DNA of 64,000 nt from an uncultured bacterium (GTDB taxonomy: Bacteria; Krumholzibacteriota; Krumholzibacteriia; LZORAL124-64-63), in contig CAVSZB010000002.1 of assembly GCA_963732385.1 (NCBI GenBank), forward strand, positions 192,001 to 256,000, in the 5' to 3' direction. The notes below the pieces were generated by a model. The model was given only the letters and a program-made list of their open reading frames with translations. It did no database searches and was not told the origin of the DNA. The translations under genes were made by a program, and so were the position numbers. Below, in pieces: positions 42,319-54,501 of this stretch. Within the stretch, counting starts at the first letter, position 1. Each line of letters begins with the position of its first letter.

Positions 42319-44053
42319 CTACCGCAGGATGCTGTTGCTCCAGACCTGGTTCAGCACGTACTCCCCGTCGGTCGTGGGGTTCGTCACGTTCGCCTGCGCC
42401 TGGTTCAGCATGATGTACGGGTGGAGCCGCGCCTGGGCGAGCTTCGTCCCGACGAACGTCAGCTCGACCACCACCGCCTCCTGGGTCTGGCGGCTCCAGT
42501 CCTGGCCGAACAGGAAGTTGCCGTGGCTCGAGATGACGAAGCGGTGCCCCCGCTCGCCCTTCGTCAGCGAGACCGCCGACGCCCAGTGGGTCCCGTGGCC
42601 GACGACGTGATCGGCGCCAGCCTCCCAGAACAGCTTCATCTGCTCTCTCTGGCGCTTCGTGAAGTTGGCGTGGTACTCCGGCCAGCCCCACTGCGGGACG
42701 ACGATGACGACGTCGGCCACCTTGCGGGCCGCGCCGACCGCCGCGCGGACGTTCTCCTCGTTGAGGTAGGCGACCCCGGGCTTCGACGCCGACGCCTCGG
42801 CCGAACCGGGGATCTCGTTGAAGCCGACGAAGGCGAAGCGGATGCCGCGGACCTCGAGGACGGCCGGCTCGAGCGCCTTGGCCAGGTTCATCCCCGCGCC
42901 GAACCGGGCGATCCCGTTCGTCGTCGAACAGGCGGAGCGTCTCGCGCAGCGCCTTTGTCCCCTGGTCGGTCATGTGGTTCGAGGCGAGGGTGACCACGTC
43001 GACGCCGGCCCCCGCGAGGAGCGGCGCGACCTGCGGGTCGATCGAGAAGATCGTGCCCGTGTCGTGCTGCGTGAAGCTCTTCGTCATCGGGCATTCGAAG
43101 TCGTTCAGCGTGATCTCCGCGTCGGAGATGAGCCTGCGGACCGCGCCCGCGTTGCCGCTCCGCTTCGCCACCACGACGGGCCAGCCATTCCCGTCGGGGC
43201 CGTCGAAGCGCCGGTCGACCCTGATCCCGACGTACTCCGCCGTCCCGCCGTCGAGGACCCAGTCCCAGCCCTTGCCGAGCGTGTTCGCCTGGTGGCTGAC
43301 GCCGCGGTCGGGGCAGGTGTCGCCGGTCGAGATGAGCGTCCGCACCTCGGCCGGGTCGAAGGCGGTCCAAGCCCCCGGCGCCGCGGCCGCGGTGGCCGTC
43401 AGCGGGTAGGCCCTCTCGCGGATCGACGGGGCCCCGAACAGGTCCGCGCCGCCGATGCGGAGCACCTTGACCCGGGGCGTCACGAGACCGGCCGGCAGGA
43501 GGCCGTACCGCGGCGTCCTGGCCCGCACGGCATCGGGGATCGCCGCCGCCTCGACGCACTCGACCCCGGCAAGGTCGAGCGGATCGTCGCCCAGCATCGC
43601 CGCGTCGAGGCCGCACGGGATCGCGACCCGCCCCGCGGCGACTCCCTTCGCGAGGGCGTCCATCGTCAGGCCGACCCGCAGCTCCCGGACGTCGGCGACG
43701 AGCGCCAGGCGCAGCTCCGCCGGGCCGGCCGGAGCGGACGGGGCCGCCGAGGGGGCCGCCGAGCCACCCGGTGCGGCCGAGCCACCCGGTGCGGCCGAGC
43801 CGCCCGGAGCGGGCGTCGCCGAGGCCCCGGCAGCGGGCCCACCCGAGGCACCGGGGGAGGCGGCCGGATCCGGGGACGCGCCGGGCGACCCGGACGCGAA
43901 GACGGCGGCACCCACCAGGAGCCCGACGCCGGCGACGGCGAAGAGCCCGACCAGGATGGTCGAGCCGGCGATCGGGCTCCGACCCTCCCGGCGGACGGCC
44001 CGACGGCGGGCGCGACGAGCCACCCCGGCCGGCGGTCCCGGGGCCGCCGCCAC
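42319..44053 (-). CDS. CapA-family (PGA biosynthesis-like metallophosphatase) membrane-anchored protein; frameshift near 42920, start uncertain
   Basis: TGD, NDFEC, TLASNHMTDQG, VVGHGTH, SHGNFLF. Confidence 0.8.
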
Positions 44054-44235
44054 GGCCGGAGGTCGAGCCCGCCAGCGGGCGCGCCATCGGGGGGCGGCGG
44101 GGCGGCTGGCGCGACGGCATCGCGAGCATTGTGCCGCAGGCGGTCGCGGCGCGTGCCCGTCCAGGCTGGGTGCGGCTTCAGGCCGGCGTGCCGCGCTTCA
44201 GCCCGGCGTGCCGAACGGCATGCGGCCGGCGTCGG

Positions 44236-44700
44236 TCAGTCGCCGACCTTGTACGGGTAGGTCACCCAGCCGTGCGCGAGGGCAGCGTGGAAGTCGGGCT
44301 CGAGCAGGACGCTGCGACCGGCCGGGCTTGTAGTGGATCACCGCCGGTCCTCGGCCGCCCGCCGGCGGCGTGGACGCGCTCGCACGACGGCGGCCATCGT
44401 CTCGCCGGTCTCCCAGACCTCGTCGACGCACGAGGACCCGCTGGTCGCGCAGCAGCCGGCGTCCGGGAAGTGGCCGAAGATCGGGGCGTCGTGCGTGCCG
44501 CCGCCGCTCGTGTAGAACTCCACGCCGGCGACGAGGATCTCCCGCAGGTCGAGCCGGTAAGCCAGGATCCCGGCCGGGACGAGACCGCCCCGGGTGATCG
44601 CGAGGACGAGGTCGTAGTCGTCGCCGACCTGCTCGGCCAGCTCCCCGACGAGCCGATGGAGCTCGTCCCACGAGACGGTGAGCGGTTCGGTCGTCAGCAT
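44236..44700 (-). CDS. Type I phosphoribosyltransferase (Gpt-like), frameshifted
   Basis: VSWDEL, LAITRGGLVPA, VDEVWETGET PRPP loop, WVTYPY. Confidence 0.8.
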
Positions 44701-44774
44701 CGGGCTCCTCGGCGGTACGGCGCCGCGGCGGGACGCCGCTGGTCGCCATTGTGGCCGATCCGGGGGGCGCCGCG

Positions 44775-45545
44775 TCAGTCCTCGAGCAGCGTCACCGGGT
44801 CGCCGACCGCGACGGTCCCGGGCTCGACGACGTCGCCGTAGACGCCGAAGTCGAGCGTGCGGGCTGCGCTCCAACCGCGGTACGCGCTCGATGATCTTCA
44901 GCGTCTCGAGGTCGCGGCCGCCCGTGTCAGGGTCGCGCTGGGTGACGTCGCAGCGCGGGATGGGGCCACCTACCCGCAGCTCCGCCTCGCCGATGCGCAG
45001 GAGCCGGCCGTCCCAGCCATCCTCCTCGTGGGCCACCACGCCGTCGATCTCGAAGAGGATCCGGAAGCGCCGGGCATCGACGTCGTCACGCCCGCGCGAC
45101 GCGCCAGCTCGCGGACCGAGGCACGCGACACGAGCGTGACCGGCCGGTCGTCGACGCCCCCGCCGTCGCGCTTCGGCGCGAACGAGCCGCACCGGCTCCC
45201 GACGCAGTCCGCCAGCGCTGCGCTCCAGTCGCCGTCCACGAGGCGACCCGGCGTCGGGCGGCCCCAGAAGTCGACGGTGATCTGGTCGCCGACGGCAACG
45301 GCGGTCCCGTCGATGGACGACCCGTCCGGGAAGCGGATCGCGAGGTGGTCGCGTTCGGCGTCGTACGTCGCCGCGATGCGGAACAGCACCGGGTGCCGCG
45401 GTGCCGCGAGCAGGCGGTCCCGCCCGTCGACAAGGAAGAACCGCCGGTTCTCGGCGACGCCGCCGGGGCCCAGGTGGACCCGGTCGGGGTGCTGGAGGGC
45501 CGTCGACTTCAGCGGCGTGGCGGAGATTCGGGCGACCGTCGGCAT
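44775..45545 (-). CDS. MOSC domain protein (frameshifted)
   Basis: TPLKS, NRRFFLVD, DARRFR, EEDGW, PRCDVTQRDPDTG. Confidence 0.8.
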
Positions 45546-45597
45546 CGGCGCACTGTAGCGCCCGGGCCCCGCTGCGCGCCGGCCACCGGGCGCGCCG

Positions 45598-46143
45598 TCA
45601 GGGGGCCGCCGAGGGGCCCGGCGAGGGGGTCCACGGCCTCGAACGTCATCGTGCTGGGCGCGGCGAGCGTGATGGTCAGCTGCGACCCTGCGATCGAGTA
45701 TGCGGTACGCGAGACGAGCTGCGCGAGGAACTCTTCGAACAGCGACGCGGGGCCGCACGCGGCGAGCGTGGCTGGCCCGCACCACCACGGTCAGGCTGTT
45801 CGTCGGGCCACCGGCCCGTGCCGGCGGCGACCGAGCTGTACGTGCCGGACGCCTGGTTGCAGTCGGCGGTCGCCTCGAAGGTGAGGTCGCGCGTGAACCG
45901 GATCGTGTACGCAGCGGGATCCGGGACCTCGAGCGGCGCCGCGTCGCGTCCCGTCGTCGAGCCCGTCCACTGCCACGTCGTGCTCGTGAGCCCGAGCCGT
46001 GGCGGCAGGCCGCCCGAGATCGCGACGGCGACGACGGCGATCGCGGTCATCAGCACGGCCGCAGCGAACATGGCGATCAGCTGCTGGACCACCGGCGACG
46101 GCGTTCCGCGCGTGTTGCCTGGGGCCTTCTCGCCTGTCATCAC
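45598..46143 (-). CDS. META-domain (HslJ-like) membrane-anchored protein (frameshifted)
   Basis: TWQW, YTIRF, ADCNQASGTY, TLAAC. Confidence 0.7.
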
Positions 46144-46254
46144 CCAATCATTCGCCGTTCAACGGCCACCCGGATCTCGACCGGCCACCAGGACGTGACG
46201 CCGGCCACCGCCAGGGCCGGCCGGACCCGGCGCCGGACCGTTCCGGATGCGAGG

Positions 46255-46279
46255 CGACCCCCGGTTGGACCGGGGGTCG
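46255..46279. terminator. Hairpin downstream of the tRNA
   Basis: CGACCCCCGGT-TGG-ACCGGGGGTCG. Confidence 0.6.
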
Positions 46280-46294
46280 TCGTGCCTGCAGAGC

Positions 46295-46369
46295 TGGTGA
46301 GCCGGGGGAGATTCGAACTCCCAACCTAGTGATTAAGAGTCACTTGCTCTGCCGTTGAGCTACCGGCCC
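46295..46369 (-). tRNA. tRNA-Lys (anticodon CTT)
   Basis: GGGCCGGTAGCTCAACGGCAGAGCAAGTGACTCTTAATCACTAGGTTGGGAGTTCGAATCTCCCCCGGCTCACCA; cloverleaf with encoded CCA. Confidence 0.97.
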
Positions 46370-46469
46370 GCCGGAAGTCTAGCGCGAGAGGATCGCGCGC
46401 GTCGGGCGGGCTCGGAGAGCGGGCTCCGGCCGGTCCGGGCGCCGGCGCGTCCGCCCACGGGCGACGACC

Positions 46470-47200
46470 CTACGGCGCGATCGAGATCCCGGCGACCATC
46501 TCCTCGACGGCCGCCTGTCGAACCGCGTCCCTGGCCGGCAGCGTGAACGACACGATGAGAAGCCCGTCGCCGGACGGGATGGTGTACTGGATCCCCTGCG
46601 CCTGGGCGTCGGCCCCCTCGCCCAGGCCGAGGTAGAGCGCTCGGACCGCGGGGCCGACGGCGAGCTCGACCACCTGGACGTCGATGCCGTTGACGCCCGG
46701 CACGGCGGCGAGCTCCTCGGAGATCGAGCTCACGAGGACGTCGAGGCCGGGGACCTCGATCCCGTCGCGGACGATGAGGTTGACGTTCGGCGTCACGGCG
46801 CCCGCCTCGGTGGTGCTGTCGACCGCCCAGCCGGCCAGCCCGGCCGCGAGGAGCGGGTCGAGCCCGTTCGCGAGCGACCCACGAAGCTGCGAGAATCGGC
46901 GGGCAGGAGCGCGAGGATGTCCTCCGCGGTGCCGTCGAGCGGGAGCGAGCGCCAGCCCTCGGCGAGGGGCATGGCGAAGCCGGCCGCGTCGACCACCATC
47001 ATCCCGTCGTCCGCGCTCGGGGTGGTCGGGACCGCGCTCGCCGTCGGCGCCGCGGTGGCCGGGGCCTCGGTTGGCGCCGGCGTGTCCGTTTCCGCCGCCG
47101 GCGCGGTCGTCTGGGCCGGCGCGGTCGTGGCCGCTCCGCCGCACGCGGCGACGAGGACGGCCGCGGCGATCAGCGGCAGGGGGCGCATGAAGCGACGCAT
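46470..47200 (-). CDS. Lipoprotein (frameshift near 46900)
   Basis: Lipobox LVAACG, T/A/P-rich linker, globular C-terminal domain. Confidence 0.7.
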
Positions 47201-47319
47201 GGGCGGGAGGACCTCCTGGGGCGATGTCGCGGACATCATCCGCGATCGGCCGCCCAAGGCTATCCGCCGATGGTCCCACCATGGCGCGCCGGCTCGCCGC
47301 CAGCGACACGCCCCGCAGT

Positions 47320-48853
47320 TCAGCCGGGCTGGTTGTCGATCTGGGCGCGCTGGAGCCGGCCGCTGAAGTCGACGTAGATCGACTTCCACTCGGTGTACGT
47401 GTCGAGCGCGACGTGGCCGGCCTCGCGGTGGCCGTTGCCGGTCTCCTTCCAGCCGCCGAACGGCAGGTGCGTCTCGGCGCCGGTCGTGCCGGCGTTGACG
47501 TAGACGATGCCCGGTCTCGAAGTCGCGCATCGCCCGGAAGGCCGTGTTCACGTCCCGCGTGAAGATGGACGACGACAGGCCGTAGCGGGTCTGGTTGAGC
47601 GCCAGCATCGCCTCGTCGTAGCCATCGACCGGGATGACCGACAGGACCGGACCGAAGATCTCCTCCTGGCCGATCCGGTCCATCGGCGCGACGCCGGCGA
47701 AGATCGTCGGCTCGAAGAAGTGGCCGTGGGCGAGGTCGCCGTCGGTCGCCCGGCCGCCGCCCGATCACGAGCTCGCCCTCGCGCCGCGCCGATCTCGACG
47801 TAGCGCGTCGACCTTGTCGCGCGGCGCCGTCGTTGATGAGCGGCCCGACATCGGTCGTCGGCATCGAGCCCGTCGCCCAGGCGCAGCGTCTCGCGCCCGC
47901 GCCTCGAGGCGCTCGAGCAGCGGCTCCACGACCGCGCGGTCGACGATGACCCGCGAGCAGGCCGTGCAGCGCTGGCCGGTCGTCCCGAACGCGGACCAGA
48001 GGATCCCGTCCAGCGGCGAGGTCGAGGTCCGCGTCGGCGAGGACGACGACGCCGTTCTTGCCGCCGAGCTCGAGCGACGAGGCGCTTGAGGCGCCGCGCC
48101 GGCCTCGTCGGCGATGTGCGTGCCCGGTCGTCGGACGAGCCGGTGAACGAGATGACCGGCACGTCCGGGTGCTCGACGATGCGCGTCGCCGACCTCGGCG
48201 CCGGCGCCCGTGACGAGGTTGACGACGCCCGGCGGGAAGCCCGCCTCGTCCATCAGCTCGACGAGCAGCGTCGCGCAGTGCGGCGTGTCGCTCGACGGCT
48301 TGAAGACGACGGTGTTGCCGGTGACGCAGGGCCGGCATCATCTTCCAGCACGGGATCGCCATCGGGAAGTTCCAGGGCGTGATGATCCCGGCCACGCCGA
48401 TCGGCTGGCGGACGCTCATCGCCCACTTGTCGGGCAGCTCGGACGGGCACGGTGTCGCCGAACATGCCGGCGCCCCTCGCCGGCCATCAGGTAGGCGATG
48501 TCGATGCCTTCCTGGACGTCGCCGCGCGCCTCGGCGATGACCTTGCCCATCTCGCGGGTCATCGCCCGGGCGAGCAGCTCCTTGTGCGGCGCCATGAGCG
48601 CGCCGTAGGCGTACAGAGATCTCGCCGCGGCTGGGGCGCCGGCGTTGCCGCGCCACATCGGGAACGCGGTCTCGGCGGCCTTGACGGCCATCGCCGACGT
48701 CGGCGGCCGTCGCTCTCCTGGAAGCGGCCGACGACGTCGCGCGTGTCGGCCGGATTGCGGCTCTCGAACGTCTCGCCGGACGACGAGTCGCACCACTCCC
48801 CGGCGATGAAGTGGCCGGACGCGGGGGCCGGCCGACTCGGCGTCCTGGGTCAT
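47320..48853 (-). CDS. Aldehyde dehydrogenase (frameshifted)
   Basis: [32 protein letters not shown]. Confidence 0.92.
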
Positions 48854-48885
48854 CGGTGGCCTCGCCGTCTGGCCGGCGCGCCGCG

Positions 48886-50140
48886 TCATACGCGCTCGAA
48901 CGCCATCGCGACCGACCCGCCGCCGCCGAGGCAGAGGGTCGCGAGGCCGTAGCGGCCCTCGCGCCGGCGCAGCTCGTGGAGGAGCGTGGCGACGATCCGG
49001 GCGCCGCTGGCGCCGATCGGGTGGCCGAGCGCGATCGCGCCGCCGTTGACGTTGACCTTGTCCCAGTCGAAGCCGAGCTCGCGGCCGTCGGCGAGGACCT
49101 GGGCGGCGAACGCCTCGTTGATCTCGATGAGGTCGAAGGCCTCGATCGGCAGCTCGATCCGGCTCGAGCAGCGGCGGACGCCCTCGACGGGCGCCAGGAA
49201 CAGCCACTTCGGGGCGACCTCGGCCTGGGCGTAGCCGACGATCCGGGCGAGGGGCGTGAGGCCCAGTGCGCTCCACGGCCCGCTCGCTCGCGACGACCGT
49301 GGCCGCGGCGCCGTCGGTGATGCCGGGCGCGTTGCCGGCGGTGACGGTCCCCTCGTCGCGTCGCCGCGGTCCTCGCCGTCGGGCAGCGGCGAAGACCGGC
49401 CGGAGGCGCGCGAGCGCCTCGACGGTCGAGTCGCGGCGCGGGCCCTCGTCCGTCGTCGACGACCGTCTCGCGGCCCTTCGCGTCGCGGACGGTGACCGGC
49501 GCCATCTCGGCGGCGAACCGGCCGGCGTCCATCGCGGCGACCGCCTTCTGGTGGCTCTCGAGGGCGAACGCGTCCTGGTCCTCGCGGCTGACCTGGTCGC
49601 TGATCGCGACGCGCTCGGCGTGGGTGCCCATGTGGCAGTCCTCGACCGCGCACCACAGGCCGTCGGCGACGGTCGAGTCGATCAGCTCGCCGTTGCCCAG
49701 GCGGTAGCCGAAGCGCGCCGCCGGGCAGCAGGTACGGCGCGCCGTTCATGCTCTCCATGCCGCCCGCGATGACGAGCTCGGCGTCGCCGGCCCGGATCTC
49801 GGCGGCGGCGAGCATGATCGCCTTGAGGCCGGAGCCGCAGACCCGGTTGATCGTCGTGGCGCGGCGTCGCGTCGCGGAGGCCGGCCCGGAGCGCCGCCTG
49901 GCGCGCCGGCGCCTGGCCGGCGCCCGGCCTGGAGCACCTGGCCCATGAGCACGTCGTCGATCTCGGCGGTCGCCGGATCGAGGCCCGCCCGCTCGACGGC
50001 GGCCCGGATGGCGATCCCGCCCAGCTCGGTGGCCGGGACGCCCGCCAGCGCCCCGCCGAACTTGCCGATCGGCGTGCGCGCGGCGCTGACGAGGTAGACG
50101 TGGCCGCTCGGGCCGGACTGGGTCGGAGCCTTCGTCTGAA
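48886..50140 (-). CDS. Acetyl-CoA C-acetyltransferase (thiolase); start unresolved
   Basis: [55 protein letters not shown]. Confidence 0.92.
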
Positions 50141-50147
50141 TCGGCCC

Positions 50148-51009
50148 TCAGCCGCGGGTAGACGAAGAAGCCGGCGCCGGTCTTCTGGCCGAGCTGCCCG
50201 GCCGCCACGAGGTCCTCGAGGACGCGCGGCGGGCGGAACCGCTCGTCGCCGAGGTCGGCGTGGAGCACGCGCATGATCCCGAGGACGACGTCGAGGCCGA
50301 TGAAGTCGGCGAGCGCGAGCGGGCCCATCGGGTGGTTGAGGCCGACCCGGGCGCCGGTGTCGATGTCCTCGGCCGTCCCGATCCCCTCCTCGAGCGCCCG
50401 CATCGCCTCGGCGAGGAGCGGCATGAGGATCCGGTTGACGATGAAGCCCGGCCGATCCGCCGAGACGATGACCTGCTTGCCGAGGTCGGCGGCGAGCGCC
50501 CGGACGGCGTCCGTCGTCGCGTCGTCGGTCGCGCTGCCGCGGATCAGCTCGACGAGCGGCATGACCGGCACCGGGCTGAAGAAGTGCATCCCGCAGAACG
50601 CCGGCCGGCGCGCCGGGGCGAGGGCCTCGGCAAGGCGGTCGATGGAGATCGAGGAGGTGTTCGTGGCGAAGACCGCTCGGCCGGCGCGACCTCGTCGAGC
50701 TGGCCCACAGCGCCCGCTTGACGGCCTCGTCCTCGAAGACGGCCTCGACGACGAGGTCGGCCTCGGCGGCCGCCGCGAGGTGGTCGGTGGCGGCGATCCG
50801 GTCGAGGATCTCGACGCGCGGCGGCCGGGTCGAGGCGGCCCTTGGCGACGGCGCGGTCGAGGTTGCGCGGCGATCCGCTCGCGGCCGGCGATCGCGCGCG
50901 CGAGGTCCGGCTCGTAGAGGTCGACGGTCCGGCCCGCGACCGCGAGCACCTGGGCGATGCCGTGGCCCATGAGCCCGGCACCGGCGACGAACGCCCGCTC
51001 GATCGGCAT
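50148..51009 (-). CDS. hbd: 3-hydroxybutyryl-CoA dehydrogenase (frameshifted)
   Basis: [40 protein letters not shown]. Confidence 0.88.
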
Positions 51010-51126
51010 GCCCGGCAGGGTACCGCGCCACGCGAGCGGCGTCACCGGGAGGGGCGCGCCTGCGCGTCCCGGGTGCGATGCACGGCTGGGCGGGACCGCC
51101 TCGACCCCGCCCACCCGATGCGGCGA

Positions 51127-51921
51127 TCAGCCGCCGGCAGGCGGCGGCTCGACCGCGTTGGCGGGGTTGTTGATCTCCGTGACGTCGAGGGTCATCTCGA
51201 ACGATCCGTTGGAGCCCGTGCCGACGATGGCGTAGCTCACGGCGTAGCCGCCGTCCTTCGCGACCCAGAAGTCGACCGTCCACTCGGCGTCGGGGAGGCC
51301 GAGCGAGCTGCCCATCATCGCGCCGAGCTCTTCGCCCGACGCTGTGTAGTGGACCGTCTCCACGCCGTTCTTCGTCTCCTCGCCAACCGGGGTCAGGCCG
51401 GTCAGACCGCTGAAGGAGCCGAGCATCTTCTCGGGGGCGAGGCTGTCGATCGTCTTCTGGGCGTCCTCGGCCGGCGTCTCGATCCAGCCTGTGCCGAGCG
51501 AGACCCAGGCCTTGTCGCCGATGACTCGGTATCCCACGTCCAGCTTCTGCTCGGCGGTGCCCATCGACATCGTCATGTCGGCGGCCTTGACCGGCTCGAA
51601 GATGACCGTGCCCTCCATCGTGAGGCCGTCGCCGAAGGCCGCGAACATGCTGCTCTCGAGCCCCTGCATCGTCATCGTGATGGCAAGGTGGTACGAGTTG
51701 AGGTCGGCCAGGGCCGCCGCGGCGCCGCCGATGTCGGGGCCGGCTGCCGCGTCCTCGGTGGGGGCGACGGTCGACGCGGGCTCGCTGGTTGCCGGCGCAT
51801 CGGTGGCCCCGGGTGCCGTGCTGCTCGTCGTCGGTGCGGCCGGCGAGGCGCCACCGCCGCACGCTGCGATCGCGATGACGAGCGCCGCGAGCCCGACGAG
51901 CGGGCGAGTGCACCTGGACAT
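51127..51921 (-). CDS. Lipoprotein (LppX/LprAFG-like)
   Basis: Lipobox IAACG; beta-rich domain with GEETKNGVETVHY and VDFWV. Confidence 0.7.
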   Translation of the reverse strand: MSRCTRPLVGLAALVIAIAACGGGASPAAPTTSSTAPGATDAPATSEPASTVAPTEDAAAGPDIGGAAAALADLNSYHLAITMTMQGLESSMFAAFGDGLTMEGTVIFEPVKAADMTMSMGTAEQKLDVGYRVIGDKAWVSLGTGWIETPAEDAQKTIDSLAPEKMLGSFSGLTGLTPVGEETKNGVETVHYTASGEELGAMMGSSLGLPDAEWTVDFWVAKDGGYAVSYAIVGTGSNGSFEMTLDVTEINNPANAVEPPPAGG

Positions 51922-52118
51922 GCGACCTCCTCGGTCGTCCAGGGACGCGTGGGGCGACAGAGGCCCCGCTCGGGACGATCGCGTCGACGATGGCCGCCGG
52001 CCGGCCCGGGGTCAATGACCATTCGGCACCCACCAGGGCGCCGATCGTCCCGTGGTCCGGCCGCACCGGCCGGTCGGCCCCGACCGGTCGCCATGCTCCG
52101 CACGCTCGGGAATGAGCA

Positions 52119-53196
52119 TCAGCCCGGGGCGTCGCCCTCGTCGCGGCCCGGGGCGTCGCCCCGGACGAGCAGTGCCAGCAGCCGGTCCGCGGCCGCGTAC
52201 GGGTCCAGCTCGTGGCGCACGACCGCGTCGAGGGTGGCGGTCGTCGTGGCGGCGCGATCCCGCGCGAGCAGGCGTCCCCGCACGCGGTCGCCAAGGAGGG
52301 CCCAGACGAGCGCGGCGGCGCGTGCCCGCCGGACGGGGATCCCCTCGCCGGCGTCACCGAGACCCGCCCGGTGTCGCGCGATCGCGGCGACGAGCTCGGG
52401 AACGCCGTCGCCGGTCGTCGCGGTCGTCAGGAGCACCTCGGGCCGCTTCGGCTCGGGGCGCGGTTCCGGTCCCGCCGGGCCCCGTGCTCGCCTCGGCGGC
52501 GGCCATCGTTCGCGTGAGCCGTGGGCTGGCCGCCGCCGTGAGCATCGCCCGCAGCTCCGCCGCCGTCCGCTGGGCGCCGGGCCGGTCGCCCTTGTTGACG
52601 ACGACGATGTCGGCCACCTCGAGGAGCCCGGCCTTGATCGCCTGGACCTCGTCGCCCATCTCGGGCGCCTCGAGGACGACCGTCGTGTCGGCCGCCGCGG
52701 CCACCTCGACCTCGCTCTGCCCGGTCCCGACCGTCTCGAGGAGGATCACGTCGAACCCGACCGCGTCGAGGACGGTCGCCGCGGCAACCGAGGACGCCGC
52801 CAGCCCGCCGGCGTGGCCTCGCGAGGCCATGCTCCGGATGAAGACGCCGTCGTCGGCCGCGTAGGACTGCATCCGCACCCGGTCGCCGAGGAGCGCCCCG
52901 CCGGTGATCGGCGACGAGGGGTCGACCGCGATGACGGCCACGGACCGGCCGGCGGCCCGCAGCTCCCCGATGAGGGCGGCGACGAGCGTGCTCTTGCCGG
53001 CGCCGGGCGCCCCGGTGATCCCGACGAGGTGCGCCTGCCCGGCGCGCGGATGCAGCCGCCGAAGGGCCGCCTCCGCGACCGGGGTGCGGTTCTCGACGGC
53101 GGTCAGCAATCGCGCCAGGGAACGGCGATCGCCGGCCACCGCGGCATCGGCCAGCGCCGTCCCCCGCTCGGCCGCCGCCCCCGCGGGCGCCTCCAC
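52119..53196 (-). CDS. meaB: Methylmalonyl-CoA mutase-associated GTPase (frameshift near 52440)
   Basis: GITGAPGAGKST, AVDPSSP..GGALLGDRVRM, ETVGTGQSE, VVNKGD. Confidence 0.92.
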
Positions 53197-53204
53197 CGGC
53201 GTCG

Positions 53205-53609
53205 TCAGTCCAGCGCCCGGACGTTGGCGCGGAGGAAGTCAGCCACCTGGCCGATCGTCGTCCCCGGGCCGAAGACGGCGGCGACGCCCGCTTCGCGGAG
53301 GGCGGCGACGTCGTCGTCCGGGATGATGCCGCCGGCCGTCACGAGGACGTCGTCGAGACCCCTCTCGCGCAGGAGCGCGCAGATCCGCGGCACGAGGGTC
53401 ATGTGGGCGCCCGAGAGGATGGAGAGGCCAACGACGTCGACGTCCTCCTGGAGCGCGGCCGTGACGACCATCTCGGGGGTCTGGCGGAGGCCGGTGTAGA
53501 CGACCTCGAAACCCTCGTCGCGGAGGCCGCGCGCGAGCACCTTCGCGCCGCGGTCGTGGCCGTCGAGCCCGGGCTTCGCGATCAGGACCTTGATGGGTCG
53601 CTCGCTCAT
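53205..53609 (-). CDS. Cobalamin-binding subunit of a methylmalonyl-/acyl-CoA mutase
   Basis: [27 protein letters not shown]. Confidence 0.93.
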   Translation of the reverse strand: MSERPIKVLIAKPGLDGHDRGAKVLARGLRDEGFEVVYTGLRQTPEMVVTAALQEDVDVVGLSILSGAHMTLVPRICALLRERGLDDVLVTAGGIIPDDDVAALREAGVAAVFGPGTTIGQVADFLRANVRALD

Positions 53610-53772
53610 GCCGGGATCATAGCCGCCGGCGGTGTGCCGTGGCCGCCGTGGCCCTCGGGGATGGGGGCGTCTCCCCGCGGCGTCGCCGGACGAGCCGACG
53701 CGGCCGATCGAGCACCTGCCCCTCCTCGCCGTCGCGAGCGAGGAGAGGGGGGTTCGCGCAGCTCCGGGTCGA

Positions 53773-54168
53773 CTACTTGGAGGTGACGACGACGACCTCG
53801 TCCTCGTGGAGGGGGCACGAGAAGATGTAGATCCCGGGCCGCAGGGCAGGGATCGAGTACACCCTCTGGGCGACCCCGTAGACGACCTCTCCTTCGAACA
53901 GCGGCTCCTCGCCCGGCCGCGGGGGCGTGACGATGATCCCGTGCGGGACCGAGCCGTCCTGGTTGTCGAGCACGAGCGAGAACGGCACGCCCGCCTTCAC
54001 GGAGAGGGCTGACGGCGAGAAGCTGAAGTTCCTGGCGGTGATCGTGTAGGTCGCTCCTGATCCCGATGCCCCGGTCGGGCCGTCCGACGATGTGATGTCC
54101 CCGCATGCGGCCAGCATCACGAGCAGAAGGGCAATGGCGAGGACGCGGCCGCGTCGTTGCGGGATCAT
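53773..54168 (-). CDS. Cupredoxin-domain lipoprotein
   Basis: Lipobox [26 protein letters not shown]. Confidence 0.8.
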   Translation of the reverse strand: MIPQRRGRVLAIALLLVMLAACGDITSSDGPTGASGSGATYTITARNFSFSPSALSVKAGVPFSLVLDNQDGSVPHGIIVTPPRPGEEPLFEGEVVYGVAQRVYSIPALRPGIYIFSCPLHEDEVVVVTSK

Positions 54169-54231
54169 GCTGACTCCTTGGCAGCTCGCGAGACACGACC
54201 GGCGGAGCGCCTCCCCGCGGCGTCGCCCACG

Positions 54232-54432
54232 TCAGTGGCGCTTGCGGAGGCCGTAGTCGTACGGCTGCATGCCCCGCATCCCGGCAACGGGGGTATCGGC
54301 TGCCTCCTCGTGCGCGCGGCGCACCTCCGCCTCGTGCTCGGCCCAGTGCAGCTCACGGTCCGTGTCGTGGGGCCGGTGCAGGAGCTCGTCGAGCCCGTGC
54401 CGCAGGCGCTCCACGACCGACGGCGTCGTCAT
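54232..54432 (-). CDS. Small hypothetical protein
   Basis: GGAGG RBS; MTTPSVVERLRHGLDELL..YDYGLRKRH*. Confidence 0.55.
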   Translation of the reverse strand: MTTPSVVERLRHGLDELLHRPHDTDRELHWAEHEAEVRRAHEEAADTPVAGMRGMQPYDYGLRKRH

Positions 54433-54501
54433 CGCGGGTACCTCCACGCATCATCGTCGCCGCGGCCGCCCTGCCGTCATGGGCCGAACGGCGCGAAGGG
54501 G

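Noticed and set aside
46295..46369. tRNA-Lys as the attachment site of an integrated element
   Set aside because: No integrase, and I saw no duplicated tRNA 3' end in the window.
53205..53609. B12-binding protein as the corrinoid partner of the MttB enzyme
   Set aside because: The [10 protein letters not shown] motif and the adjacent meaB identify it as an acyl-CoA mutase subunit, not a methyltransferase corrinoid protein.
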